Positions 18,209 through 27,815 of a stretch of 64,000 nt of DNA are shown piece after piece. Made by a program: the position numbers and the translations under genes. The notes under the pieces are model-generated. The model was not told the origin of the DNA. It was given only the letters and a program-made list of their open reading frames with translations, and did not search any database. Location of the stretch: the NCBI GenBank assembly GCA_964459205.1, contig CAYWKJ010000001.1:2759-66758 (forward strand), given 5' to 3'. Origin of the DNA: an uncultured Candidatus Peribacteria bacterium (GTDB lineage Bacteria; Patescibacteriota; Gracilibacteria; UBA1369; UBA12473). How positions within the stretch are numbered: the stretch's first letter is position 1; each line of letters opens with the position of its first letter.

Positions 18209-18805
18209 ATGCAGAAATTTTTAATTGCGACCGGAAATATTGGGAAATTTGGTGAGATTTCAGCTGTGCTTCAGGATTTGCCTTATGAGTTACTGTCTTT
18301 AAAAGATTTAGGGGAAGTTATGCAAGTTAAGGAGGACGGCGAAACACATGATGAGAACGCTTTTATTAAGGCGCGGGCTTTTTTTAAAGAAGTTGGTTGT
18401 ATGACGTTGGGTGAGGATTCGGGGCTAGAGGTTGATGCGCTTAAAGGTGAGCTAGGATTGCATACTAGGCGTTTTGGGGCTGGGCATGAGGCTAGTGATG
18501 AGGAGTGGCTTAAGCATTTTTTGGAGCGCATGGAAAATGTTCCAGATGAACAAAGGACAGCGCGGTTTGTTTGTAGTGCAGCTCTAATTTTGGAGAATGG
18601 GGAGGAGCATTTATTTAATGGGGCGGCAGAGGGAGTGATAACCCGGGAGCCTGAGGCTAAGATTTTGCCGGGATTGCCTCTTAGTTCAGTTTTTAAGCCT
18701 GAGGGATTTGATCGCGTTTATGCGGCTTTAACAAAAAAAGAAAAGGCCCAGATTAGTCATCGGGGCCTTGCCATTGGTCGGGTGCGGGGTTTTCTTATTC
18801 AGTAA
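18209..18805 (+). CDS. rdgB: Non-canonical purine NTP pyrophosphatase (RdgB/HAM1 family)
   Basis: 198 aa. Has IATGNIGKFGEI, GEDSGLEVDAL and SHRG motifs. Confidence 0.8.
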   Translation: MQKFLIATGNIGKFGEISAVLQDLPYELLSLKDLGEVMQVKEDGETHDENAFIKARAFFKEVGCMTLGEDSGLEVDALKGELGLHTRRFGAGHEASDEEWLKHFLERMENVPDEQRTARFVCSAALILENGEEHLFNGAAEGVITREPEAKILPGLPLSSVFKPEGFDRVYAALTKKEKAQISHRGLAIGRVRGFLIQ

Positions 18806-19259
18806 CTTCTTCGGGAGACTCTGTGGTCGTTTCCTCATCATTTTCAAGTGGGCTTTCTTCGGCTTCGACATTATCGTAGGTCCCAGCTGGCTCAATAATT
18901 ACAAGAACATTGAGTGGAGCTTGTTCTTGGTTGGTAGTGTAGCTGACAAAATCGCCAGCTTCGTTAATAAAGTAACGACCAGTTTTAAAAGATGAATCTA
19001 GAAGCCAGCTATTTTCTTCCATGGATATTTCGAGGTAAGCAAAGAAATCCACACGGCTCATGGCAACGTCGTAATTGTGGTTTTCTACTGGTCCGGAAAT
19101 AATAGTGCGTGCCCAAGTTGAATCGTCAGGCAAAGCAACAGCCGCCCAGCCAGCAATTGGTCCATGGTGCACAATTTTTATGGTTTCTTCTTCGTCGCCA
19201 CAGGCAGTAAGGGATAAAGCGAGGACAGCGATAACAAGAAAAGATAATAGTTTTTTCAT
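18795..19259 (-). CDS. Hypothetical lipoprotein
   Basis: 154 aa. Signal peptide with lipobox LSLTAC. Confidence 0.5.
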   Translation of the reverse strand: MKKLLSFLVIAVLALSLTACGDEEETIKIVHHGPIAGWAAVALPDDSTWARTIISGPVENHNYDVAMSRVDFFAYLEISMEENSWLLDSSFKTGRYFINEAGDFVSYTTNQEQAPLNVLVIIEPAGTYDNVEAEESPLENDEETTTESPEEVTE

Positions 19260-19337
19260 AATATTGGGGATAAATAAACGGATTTAAGGGCGGACGAAAA
19301 AATAGCACTTTTTAAGGTGCGTGGCAATAGGGTTGGT

Positions 19338-19981
19338 GACAACTGAATGATGAAAGATGGTTCGAGTCTCCCCGCTCCGGACGGCCTCGGGGCCGAACGG
19401 GCGCGGGGGGGGTCGGGACAATCAGCGGGTCGGGGTCGGGATCTCCTCGCGGGACTGCGGGCTGGGGCCGCCGGGCGCAGGGCCGGTGGTGGCGGTCTGG
19501 CGGAAGTAGCTCCGGGCCTCGGTCGAGAACGAGCCGTCCATCACCAAGTTCTTGACGGCGCGGTTCTGGACATCGAACTCGGCGATGTTGTCCTGGAGCG
19601 TCTGCAGGATGTAGTGGCCGTCCCGGAGCTGGCCATCATCGGAGATGCATTCGGGGACCAGCTTGATCGTGAAGAGGTCGCGAACGAGAACGTCGCCCGG
19701 CTTGATCTTCAGCTTGGGCTGCGCGTTCTTGACGACGAAGACGAAGCCACGGCTGGAGTCGCCCGAACAGTTCGGAACAACCACGACGTAGAAGCCATCC
19801 TTGAGGCCGTTTTTGGTGGTGATGCAGTCGCCCGGCAGGACGATGTGGAAAGTAGGCAGTTTTGCCATGTGAACTCCCTATGGGTTAACGGGGGATGGAC
19901 ACCATTGCTAAGAGGGCGCCGCTTTTTACCTTCAAAAAAAGCAAAAAGCGACACCCAAGCAGCATTCATCATTCAGTTGTC
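19338..19981 (-). other. GC-rich helix-bracketed cassette E2 (644 nt, sense on minus strand)
   Basis: Perfect 16-nt inverted repeat GACAACTGAATGATGA (19338-19353 / 19966-19981). A 14-bp hairpin at 19914-19956 has two U-G wobbles valid only on the minus strand. A 3' hairpin sits at 19382-19395. Confidence 0.7.
19422..19868 (-). CDS. Hypothetical protein, cargo of E2 (148 aa), foreign high-GC codon usage
   Basis: GGGAG lies 5 nt before the ATG. Third codon positions are almost all G/C, unlike every housekeeping gene in the window. The amino-acid composition is balanced. Confidence 0.65.
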   Translation of the reverse strand: MAKLPTFHIVLPGDCITTKNGLKDGFYVVVVPNCSGDSSRGFVFVVKNAQPKLKIKPGDVLVRDLFTIKLVPECISDDGQLRDGHYILQTLQDNIAEFDVQNRAVKNLVMDGSFSTEARSYFRQTATTGPAPGGPSPQSREEIPTPTR

Positions 19982-20134
19982 AAAGTCTATGTTTAGAGAG
20001 AGTTTAACAACTAACTAGTAGTATTAAATTCCACTCTAGTAATATAGATCCGGGTCTATCCCCAGAAGTAGATTGCTAGCGCGAAACATTAGCTGCCCAC
20101 CTCTATGGATGACGGAATTAGGGTGGTGAATATT

Positions 20135-20162
20135 ATTATAGTGTTTTTTGAAAAAGAGTCAA
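20135..20162 (-). promoter_or_regulatory. Putative promoter of E2
   Basis: On the minus strand: GGGTTGACT, 16 nt spacer, TATAAT. Confidence 0.5.
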
Positions 20163-20177
20163 CCCTAATGGTTGACT
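20157..20177 (-). terminator. Palindrome AGTCAACC/GGTTGACT followed by a T-run, putative E3 terminator that contains the E2 -35
   Basis: 8-bp stem with a 5-nt loop, then CTTTTTCAAAAAA on the minus strand. It lies 12 nt past the E3 3' arm. Confidence 0.4.
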
Positions 20178-20189
20178 TAAAGGATTGGT

Positions 20190-20848
20190 GACAACTGAAC
20201 GATGGTTTTCCGCTCCGAACGACTCCGTAGTCGAACGGGCGGATCAGGGCTTGTTTAGCGGTTGGGGAGGAGCTTGGAGAAGATCTCGGAGAGAGCTCTT
20301 CTCAGGATTGCGAGGCGAGAGTTTGGTACGATTCTGTAGTAGCTGTGAGTGTAAGGATTTACCAGTGGGCGTTCGTACTTTTTGGTTACAACGACCAGCC
20401 TGTGCGTTGGGGTTGTTGTGGCGTGGGTTTCCCCATCAGTTGTTTTGTATAGAGGATAGGTTCCGCTTTTTAGATTCGCATGGCACCGTACCTCGTTGGT
20501 ATCCTGATCTATCCATGCCCATTGTTGGCGGCAGCCGATGCGTACGATGAACCATTCTTTACCAAAAGGATCATTTTCATCGTACTCATATATGCCTCTA
20601 GTGCGGGCAACGCGTGGCAGGGAAAAACCTTCTGGATCGAGGCCTTTTATGGCTAGATCCTTACGAGAGTGGGTCCATTTTCCCCATGCGAAGAGGAAAG
20701 GAAAAACTTTCAAGGCATTGTCCTATGTTGCAGTCTGCCCCATGGCAGTCCTGCGGGTAAGCACCACTATTTCTGGGTGCCACTTTTTATCTTTAAAATA
20801 GTTAAAAATAAGAAGCGACACCCAGGTGTTATTCATCATTCAGTTGTC
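20190..20848 (-). other. GC-richer helix-bracketed cassette E3 (659 nt, sense on minus strand)
   Basis: Arms are 20190-20205 and 20833-20848. They form 15 contiguous bp on the minus-strand RNA, including one U-G wobble that would be a C/A mismatch on the plus strand. A 13-bp hairpin at 20773-20825 has two wobbles valid only on the minus strand. A 3' hairpin sits at 20220-20233. Confidence 0.7.
20255..20713 (-). CDS. Hypothetical protein, cargo of E3 (152 aa, TTG start as tracked)
   Basis: Long ORF with protein-like composition. No similarity to the E2 cargo. The RBS is weak (AGGAC) and the start codon is uncertain. Confidence 0.5.
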   Translation of the reverse strand: MKVFPFLFAWGKWTHSRKDLAIKGLDPEGFSLPRVARTRGIYEYDENDPFGKEWFIVRIGCRQQWAWIDQDTNEVRCHANLKSGTYPLYKTTDGETHATTTPTHRLVVVTKKYERPLVNPYTHSYYRIVPNSRLAILRRALSEIFSKLLPNR

Positions 20849-20939
20849 AAAATCTATATGTTTAGAGAGAGATTAACTACTAGCTAAAGTGTTAAGGCCT
20901 ACCCTAAGGATATAGGCCTGGATCAATTTCCAGTAGTTT

Positions 20940-20967
20940 ATTATAATGCTTTCCTTAAAAAGGTCAA
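20940..20967 (-). promoter_or_regulatory. Putative promoter of E3
   Basis: On the minus strand: GGGTTGACC, 16 nt spacer, TATAAT. It begins 3 nt after the PBP1A stop codon. Confidence 0.5.
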
Positions 20968-20970
20968 CCC

Positions 20971-23643
20971 TTATTCAACCTGTACTTCAATGGTTGCACC
21001 CGTCCGATAGCCTAACTCATCATAGGCATAAGCCTCAATGGTGTATTCACGGCCAGAGGCAGCATTGGTAGCGGCCCTGATTTGGCCAGTATAAGGAGCA
21101 GAGACAGCTGTGTATTGGAGAGTTCCGTCTAAATAGTATTCAACTTTTTCTAAACCATTTAAAGCTTCAACTTCAACTTCAATAATGTTTTGGCCGCGAC
21201 TTACTAAGCTGTACGGGGAAGGAAAAGTAATGAAAATTACTGGCTGTTTAGCCCAAGTGGAAGCAGTGTGAATTTCATCTAAGTCAGTTGGTTCTAAAAA
21301 TTCTTCTTCGTCCATGGCGGCAGCCCAGGCATCAACGCCCACTTGCCAAGTTGGGTAGTAATCCATAATGGCAATATGTTGTTGGAATTCTTTTTCCTCT
21401 AAGGACCATTCCGGCGAGTATTCAGTGGCAACTAGGCCGGTAAATCCATCAACCACAGCGGTGGCCCACAAAGTGTCTACTTCGGTGGGGACATTAAAAC
21501 TGGCGAATTTTTCAGTCACAATCATATCTTCTGGCGTATAGTCTGAAGGGAGTTTTCCACTAGATTTTGTTACTGCCATTTCTACAATTTCGGCTGGCTG
21601 AGGGAAAGCCTCAGAGTCTAATTCAGACAAAGCATTGGTCATGTAGTCGTTCCAAATTGTAGCAGCAGAATCATATCCATTGGCATGGTAGTACATGGGT
21701 TCACCGTCCGCATTTCCAACCCACACTCCAGTTGCTATTTTGGTGCTGTAGCCAAGAGTTAGAGCGTTGTTTGGAGCATTTTCACCGTATTCATCTTTTT
21801 TGTTACTGGTTCCGGTTTTAGCAGCAACATGGTGCCCGCTTACGCGTAGGCGTGGCCCCAGATTTATAGCAGAATCAGAGAGAATATCAGTTATTAAGTA
21901 GGCAACTTGTGGGTCTAGGGCCTCGGTTCCAACTTGGTCTTCCCATTTTTCTAGAATATCTCCATCACTGTTTTCAATTTTTAAAATTGGGGAAATTTCT
22001 TGCTTAATTCCACTATTCGCAAAAACGCTGTAAGCGCCTACAAGATCTAGTAAGCGAACTTCACCGCTTCCTAAAGCGAGTGGCCAGCCATATCCAATGG
22101 AGTCATCTAGTTCAATTCCAAAGCCTTCCATGAATGGAATGATCTCAGTTTCTTGGCCAGCTAAGAAGTAAGATTTAATAGCGGGGATATTGCGGGAAAG
22201 AGCAAGGGCTTCGCGAACACGAATGGGGCCTAGGAAGGTTCCATCGTAGTTTTGAGGCCATTCGCCAGGCCCAAATTGAGTTTCTACATCGTATAAAACA
22301 GTGGCCGGACTATAACCATTTAAAAATGTTAAAGCGTACACAAAAGGCTTAAATGATGATCCTGGTTGTCGGTAGCGAGTAGCAATATTTACATTTCCAT
22401 CAATTTCTTCGTCAAAATAATCAGCTGATCCAACCATGGCTAAAATTTGACCAGTTTGCGGGTGAACCGAAACTAAGCTGGCATTGTTAGCGCCAAATTC
22501 AGAGGCATTGCGTTCGCGATAGGTTTCTACAGCTTCTTCGGCGTATCCTTGCATAGTGGGATCAAGAGTGGTGTAGACTTTTAGGCCACCTTGCTCAACT
22601 ACATCTTTGCCGTATTTATCTTCGATCAACTCTTTTACATAGAGAACAAAATGAGGAGCTTGAATGTTTTCGCGATAGGAAATGAATTCAATCGCCCATG
22701 ATTCTTCGAGTGAAAGTTGCATTTGGCCTTCAGTGATCATGTCTTGATCTTCCATGGCTGCCAAAACAATATCTGTTCGTCCGGGGAGATATAGAGTAGT
22801 TCCGTTAGCTAGCTCGATATTTGATCCGATTAATCCACGAACGTATTCATCAAGGTTTAAATCTTCGTAAGAAACAATAGAGCGATCTAGTAATTGCTCT
22901 TCAGTGAATTCAACTGTGAGGTAAGAGTTGCGATTACTTCCATAAGGTGAATAACGAGTGGGAGCCTTAGGCAAAGAAGCCATAATGGCACTCTCGGTGA
23001 GAGTTAAATCTGTGGCTGCTTTATCAAAGTAAGTTTTAGCAGCAAGCTCAGCGCCATAAGCATTATTTCCGTAAGGGATTTCATTTAAATATAATTCAAA
23101 AATTTCTTCTTTATTAAAGCGGCTTTCAACACGGATAGCTAAAATTAGTTCTTGGAGTTTTCGAACATAAGTTTGTTCGGGTGATAAGAAAATATTTTTA
23201 ACAAGTTGTTGAGTAATAGTGGAGCAGCCACGTCGGATTCCAACACCAAAAATTTCATGGGCTACTGCTTTTGCATAACAAGGAAGGTCAAATCCATAGT
23301 GTTCATAAAATTCATCATCCTCAACCGCAATAGTGGCATCTAATAAATAAGGAGAAATGTCTTCAATGGGAATGATTTCGCGGTTTTCCTCGCCATGTAC
23401 TGCATAAAGAATGTTGCCTTCACGGTCCATGATTAACGTAGATTCAGCCTGAAGCAGGTCTTCTCCAGAGCTAACATCAGGAAGGCCGCGGCTAAAAATC
23501 AACACAATTAAAATAACAAAAATGAAACCACTAATAAAAGTAATACTAAAAATCAAAATTACCCATTGGAGCCACCGTTTCCATAAAGGAAGCATAGGAT
23601 GGGGGCGTAGTTTTTTGTATAGGTCGTGAAAAGTTCGAGACAT
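20971..23643 (-). CDS. Class A penicillin-binding protein (PBP1A, glycosyltransferase + transpeptidase) with C-terminal extension
   Basis: 890 aa. GT51 motifs EDDEFYEHYGFD and RGCSTITQQLVKN. Transpeptidase motifs SSFKP, SRN and KTGTS. Confidence 0.9.
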   Translation of the reverse strand: MSRTFHDLYKKLRPHPMLPLWKRWLQWVILIFSITFISGFIFVILIVLIFSRGLPDVSSGEDLLQAESTLIMDREGNILYAVHGEENREIIPIEDISPYLLDATIAVEDDEFYEHYGFDLPCYAKAVAHEIFGVGIRRGCSTITQQLVKNIFLSPEQTYVRKLQELILAIRVESRFNKEEIFELYLNEIPYGNNAYGAELAAKTYFDKAATDLTLTESAIMASLPKAPTRYSPYGSNRNSYLTVEFTEEQLLDRSIVSYEDLNLDEYVRGLIGSNIELANGTTLYLPGRTDIVLAAMEDQDMITEGQMQLSLEESWAIEFISYRENIQAPHFVLYVKELIEDKYGKDVVEQGGLKVYTTLDPTMQGYAEEAVETYRERNASEFGANNASLVSVHPQTGQILAMVGSADYFDEEIDGNVNIATRYRQPGSSFKPFVYALTFLNGYSPATVLYDVETQFGPGEWPQNYDGTFLGPIRVREALALSRNIPAIKSYFLAGQETEIIPFMEGFGIELDDSIGYGWPLALGSGEVRLLDLVGAYSVFANSGIKQEISPILKIENSDGDILEKWEDQVGTEALDPQVAYLITDILSDSAINLGPRLRVSGHHVAAKTGTSNKKDEYGENAPNNALTLGYSTKIATGVWVGNADGEPMYYHANGYDSAATIWNDYMTNALSELDSEAFPQPAEIVEMAVTKSSGKLPSDYTPEDMIVTEKFASFNVPTEVDTLWATAVVDGFTGLVATEYSPEWSLEEKEFQQHIAIMDYYPTWQVGVDAWAAAMDEEEFLEPTDLDEIHTASTWAKQPVIFITFPSPYSLVSRGQNIIEVEVEALNGLEKVEYYLDGTLQYTAVSAPYTGQIRAATNAASGREYTIEAYAYDELGYRTGATIEVQVE

Positions 23644-23871
23644 TTTGTATGATTAATTCCTAAGGAGTTATACCAGATTTTGAGGAGAAAATTAAGAGGG
23701 GCAATAGGAATTTGATACCTTTTTCTCAACTGGAAGGAACCTTTTTGGATGCATGATCCAAAAAGAACCCTTCTCGCTGCGCGGGATGTTTTCGAAAAAG
23801 CTTCAAATTCCTTTACCCCTTTATTCTCTCTCTGTACAATTGATTTGTTAAAAATTAATCTTATCTATGTT

Positions 23872-24837
23872 ATGGCTCTTACAATTCAGCAAATTTATGA
23901 TTTAGTCATTGCGAGTGGGCGCAAAAATGACCCTCGAACCAAGAAAGAAATTGATCTTCAGTTAAAAGACGCAAAAGATGCATATAAAAAGCTTGATAAG
24001 AAGAAAAAATCGTTTTTTGATAAGGATTCGATGGTGAACCCTTACGCTGATTCACGTGTTTTGCATGGGAAAATGGGCACCAAGATAAAGACTTTAATGG
24101 CCTGCATTGATGCTGAAGTCCCAGAGTTATTATTGGTGAATGAATTACGGAAAAACGGCAAAAAAATCGATTTAGTTTTTACGCATCATCCAGAGGGTAA
24201 GGCTTTGATGGATTTGACTAAGGTGATGCCAATGCAGGAGGCGATTATGGAGGCGCTGGGGGTACCGATTAATGTAATTGAAAAGTTATTGGAACCACGT
24301 GCCAAGAAAATTGATCGTGCTTTGCATGCGGATAATTTTAATCGGGTGGCTGATGCAGCGCGTTTATTAGAAATTCCATTTATGAATTGTCATACTCCGG
24401 CCGATAATCATGTGCATAAATTTTTGGAAGATTTTGTTAGCAAAAAGCGATCAAAAATGCGCCATTTAAAGGATTTAACAGAAGCCTTGCTGGATATTCC
24501 AGAATTTGCGGAAGGTGCAAAAATGAGCTCCGCACCAGTTATTGTGTCGGGTAGCCCAACCTCTAAACTTGGAAAAGTTGCGGTTACAGGCATGACTGGC
24601 GGGACCTCTGGTAATGAGGATATTTATGAGGCGCTTAGTCGTTCTGGGGTTAGCACAATTTTGGCTATGCATATGAGTGAGGCGCACCGCGAAAAAGCGG
24701 AAAAGCAACACATTAACATTATTGTTACCGGGCACATGGCGAGTGATAGCTTAGGGATGAATTTGATTTTGGATCAATTCGAAAAGAAGGGCATAAAAGT
24801 GATTCCAGCTGGCGGATTAATGAGATTTAAGCGTTAA
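23872..24837 (+). CDS. NIF3-family dinuclear metal-centre protein
   Basis: Start moved to ATG 23872 (MALTIQQIYD). Has DLVFTHHPE and C-terminal TGHMASD motifs. Confidence 0.6.
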   Translation: MALTIQQIYDLVIASGRKNDPRTKKEIDLQLKDAKDAYKKLDKKKKSFFDKDSMVNPYADSRVLHGKMGTKIKTLMACIDAEVPELLLVNELRKNGKKIDLVFTHHPEGKALMDLTKVMPMQEAIMEALGVPINVIEKLLEPRAKKIDRALHADNFNRVADAARLLEIPFMNCHTPADNHVHKFLEDFVSKKRSKMRHLKDLTEALLDIPEFAEGAKMSSAPVIVSGSPTSKLGKVAVTGMTGGTSGNEDIYEALSRSGVSTILAMHMSEAHREKAEKQHINIIVTGHMASDSLGMNLILDQFEKKGIKVIPAGGLMRFKR

Positions 24838-24841
24838 ATCT

Positions 24842-25411
24842 ATGGCCAAAATAGATATTCTTATTGATGGCTATGCCAAAAAACTTGATGATGGCTGGAT
24901 TGTGAATCCAACGGTGGTTTTGGTGCAAGGTAAGGGTAAAAATTTAATAGTTGACCCTGGGGCGGATCGAAAGGCGCTGTTAGATTCTTTGGAAGAGCGT
25001 GGTCTAGGCCTTGATGATATTGATGTGGTTTTTTTAACGCATGGCCATACAGACCACGTGCTTTTAGTTGGGATTTTTGAGAGGGCGCGTGTTTATAATT
25101 TTACAGAAATTTACGAAGGGATTCGGGAGTGGGAGCATGCTAATCGGATAGAGGAGTTGGATTTAGAAATTTTGCCAACCCCTGGCCACATGCCAGATCA
25201 TTGTTCCTTGGTTGTTCCGACTGATGAGGGAGTGGTAGTGGTGGCTGGTGATGTTTTTTGGTGGGTTGAGGGCGAGGAGCAGATTATTGAGATTGAAAGG
25301 CCGGATCAACATTTTGCGTCAGACCCGGCGGCCTTGATTGAAAGTCGAAAAAAGGTACTCGAAATTGCAGACTTTATTATTCCAGGACACGGGGTAATGA
25401 TGAAGGTTTAA
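24842..25411 (+). CDS. MBL-fold metallo-hydrolase
   Basis: 189 aa. Has LTHGHTDH and TPGH motifs. Confidence 0.7.
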   Translation: MAKIDILIDGYAKKLDDGWIVNPTVVLVQGKGKNLIVDPGADRKALLDSLEERGLGLDDIDVVFLTHGHTDHVLLVGIFERARVYNFTEIYEGIREWEHANRIEELDLEILPTPGHMPDHCSLVVPTDEGVVVVAGDVFWWVEGEEQIIEIERPDQHFASDPAALIESRKKVLEIADFIIPGHGVMMKV

Positions 25412-27801
25412 GTTCGAACTTTTCCTCCTAGCTTTTCGATTTCTTTAAAGGCAGCTTTTTGAGTGTCTTGATATTCTTGGTCATTTAGAGTGCGTTCGTC
25501 ATGGCGAAGTTCAATGGAAAAGGCGAGTGATTTTTTATCTTCTGGGATGTTTTGGCCCTCGTAAATATCAAACAGTTTTATGGAGTGAATAAGCTTGTGT
25601 GGGTCAGCTTTTTTAAGAGCTGCTTCAATGTCTGCTACTTGGGTTTTGCGATCAATTAAGAAAGAAACATCAAAGGCCATGCTCGGGAATTTAGGTAAAG
25701 ATCGGAAAGTTGCGAGGTCGCGGCCATGTTCGGCTAAGCGCGTGAAATTAACCTCAAAAATTCCTACTTTGTGATCAAGGTCATGCTCTTTGGCTACGGC
25801 TGGATGTAGAGTGAAAATATACCCAATTCCTTTGCCGCGCATCATGATTTCCAAGCATTTTTTGGGATGTGCATATGGTGGTGGAGTTTTGCAATCGCGG
25901 AGGGTTACATTAGGTGCTCGGAACCCTTCTTGGAAAGATTCAAAGGCGCCTTTAATGCGGTGGAAAACCTCGTCTTTAGCTTGAGAGGCAATAGCCCCAA
26001 TGAGCCATTTTTCTTCGAGTGGCATGTACTCACCGACTTCTTGATAAGTGTGGCCGACTTCAAACAATTTCATTTCGGGAAAGTTTTTTTCGTTTTGCGT
26101 AATGGATTTAAGCATTCCAGGGACAAGACTGACGCGCATGTGGGTTTGGTCAACTGTTAGCGGGTTTAATACTTTGATATGGCGCATGTCTTCTAATCCG
26201 AATTTTTGGAATATTTCTTCGTTATAAAATGAGTAATTCATAACTTCAGTGAAGCCAAGATTGGCGCTCAGAATATTACGAACAGCGTGCTTGTGAAAAC
26301 GTTCTTCGTTTTCGATTGGAAGATTGATGGGAAGATGTGGTATTTCAGCGGGAATAGAGTCATAACCAATAATGCGGGCGATTTCTTCGGTAATGTCTTC
26401 TTCAATATCAACATCGCCAGTGGCGCGGTGAGATGGGATAGTAATTTTAAGTTTTTTCCCTACTGCAGTGACCCCAAATTCAAGCGAAGTCAGAATGCGC
26501 TTCATCTCGGCGGTAGAAACTTTTACGCCAATTTTGTTGCTGATGACAGCTGGGTCAACAGTCATGGTGATTTTTGGCTCTTTCCAGTTTCCTGTGGTGA
26601 CGATTGGGCTAGCAATTTTTAGATCTGGGCAAGTTTCTTGAAGCAAAACAAGGGCGCGTTTGATAGCTATTTCCGTGAGGGCAGGATCAAGCCCTTTTTC
26701 GAATCTTTGCGAGGAATCAGAACGAAGGCCGTGACGCGTGGAAGTGCGGCGAATTGTTGAGGCGTGAAAATTAGCAGCTTCCAAAACAATTTCGGTCGTG
26801 TGGTCATTAATTTCGGAATTTACACCCCCCATAACACCGGCTAAAGCTACCGGCTTATCTCCATCACAAATAAGCAAGTCTTCTTCTGTTAATTTGCGTT
26901 TTTTGTGGTCAATTGTTTCAAGGGTTTCGCCTTTTTTAGCAAAACGAGCGATTAAAGTGTCTTTTTTAATAAAGCCACGATCATAAGAGTGCATTGGTTC
27001 ACCAAGTTCTAACATTATGTAGTTGGTGACATCAACGATGTTATTAATTGGGCGAACACCAGCGGCTTCTAAATGCGCCTTTATCCAATCGGGAGATTGT
27101 TTGGTTCTTAAATTTGTAACAATGCAGCCAGAAAACCTAGGACAGCCATCTTTGGCCTCAACTTTGATAGTTAGTTTTTCTTTGCCAGGAGTTCCTTTGA
27201 ATTTAAGAAAGGAATTGATTTTTTTGAGTGGTTTTTTGAGCAAACAGGCAACTTCACGGGCAAGGCCATAATGCCCCCATAAATCTGGACGATGGGTGAG
27301 GGATTTGTTGTCGACATCAAAAATTGCGTCGTTTAAATGAGCAGCTTCCACAAAAGGTGTTCCGGGTTTGACGTTGTTTTCAAAAAAGCGAATATCAACC
27401 CCTTCTGTTTTAAGTCCGAGCTCTTGATCCAGGCATAGCATTCCTTCGGACATGACGCCGCGCAATGGTTTTTTCTCGATTTTCATTCCTGTTGGCAGGG
27501 TGGTTGGAGCTACAGCAACTGGGACGCGATAGCCAGTTTTCATGGCCACCATTTGTCCAAAAATTAATTGAATGGCGTCTTTTTTCCCAATATCAACTTT
27601 AGCAACACTGAGTTTGTCAGCATCGGGGTGAGGCGTGATTTTAAGTATTTTTCCAACAACAACTCCATCGAATCCTTTTTTTTGATCAATAACCCCCTCA
27701 ATTTCAGCGGTGTGCAAAGTAAGTAGTTCGCCAAGTTTCTCCGGAGAAACGGAATTGGGGATGTCTACAAAATTTTTAAGCCAGTTGAGGGAAATTTTCA
27801 T
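25408..27801 (-). CDS. pheT: Phenylalanine--tRNA ligase beta subunit
   Basis: 797 aa. N-terminal tRNA-binding OB domain, B3/4 and B5 domains, and a C-terminal anticodon-binding-like domain. Confidence 0.9.
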   Translation of the reverse strand: MKISLNWLKNFVDIPNSVSPEKLGELLTLHTAEIEGVIDQKKGFDGVVVGKILKITPHPDADKLSVAKVDIGKKDAIQLIFGQMVAMKTGYRVPVAVAPTTLPTGMKIEKKPLRGVMSEGMLCLDQELGLKTEGVDIRFFENNVKPGTPFVEAAHLNDAIFDVDNKSLTHRPDLWGHYGLAREVACLLKKPLKKINSFLKFKGTPGKEKLTIKVEAKDGCPRFSGCIVTNLRTKQSPDWIKAHLEAAGVRPINNIVDVTNYIMLELGEPMHSYDRGFIKKDTLIARFAKKGETLETIDHKKRKLTEEDLLICDGDKPVALAGVMGGVNSEINDHTTEIVLEAANFHASTIRRTSTRHGLRSDSSQRFEKGLDPALTEIAIKRALVLLQETCPDLKIASPIVTTGNWKEPKITMTVDPAVISNKIGVKVSTAEMKRILTSLEFGVTAVGKKLKITIPSHRATGDVDIEEDITEEIARIIGYDSIPAEIPHLPINLPIENEERFHKHAVRNILSANLGFTEVMNYSFYNEEIFQKFGLEDMRHIKVLNPLTVDQTHMRVSLVPGMLKSITQNEKNFPEMKLFEVGHTYQEVGEYMPLEEKWLIGAIASQAKDEVFHRIKGAFESFQEGFRAPNVTLRDCKTPPPYAHPKKCLEIMMRGKGIGYIFTLHPAVAKEHDLDHKVGIFEVNFTRLAEHGRDLATFRSLPKFPSMAFDVSFLIDRKTQVADIEAALKKADPHKLIHSIKLFDIYEGQNIPEDKKSLAFSIELRHDERTLNDQEYQDTQKAAFKEIEKLGGKVRT

Positions 27802-27815
27802 GGTATATTGTTGCT

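Noticed and set aside
19359-19381. GGTTCGAGTCTCCCCGCTCCGGA on the plus strand of E2 resembles a tRNA T-loop plus 3' acceptor strand. It could be an integrase att remnant.
   Set aside because: No matching 5' T-stem, no complete tRNA with this acceptor in the window, and no integrase. The E3 counterpart is degenerate, and the segment lies antisense to the strand supported by wobble pairs. Kept only as a weak alternative.
19347-20018. Overlapping long ORFs on both strands inside the GC islands. Examples are 19347..20018 +, 19709..19972 -, 12260..12562 -, 20185..20550 +, 44504..44746 -, 44639..44866 +, 44803..45033 + and 47984..48211 +.
   Set aside because: Stop codons are rare in GC-rich DNA, so open frames appear on every strand. 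These lack an RBS, have Arg/Pro/Gly/Ser-biased composition, and overlap the better-supported SD-led ORFs.
19338-20967. Integron-like cassette array (attC sites).
   Set aside because: The inverted repeats are 360-660 nt apart and enclose the ORF, rather than forming a compact 60-140 nt attC after it. The arm ends do not fit RYYYAAC/GTTRRRY. No intI or attI is in the window. Each unit also has its own promoter, whereas integron cassettes are usually promoterless.
23749-23871. 41-codon extension of the NIF3-family ORF.
   Set aside because: The family-typical N-terminus begins at MALTIQQIYD (23872). The upstream part lies in the divergent intergenic region.
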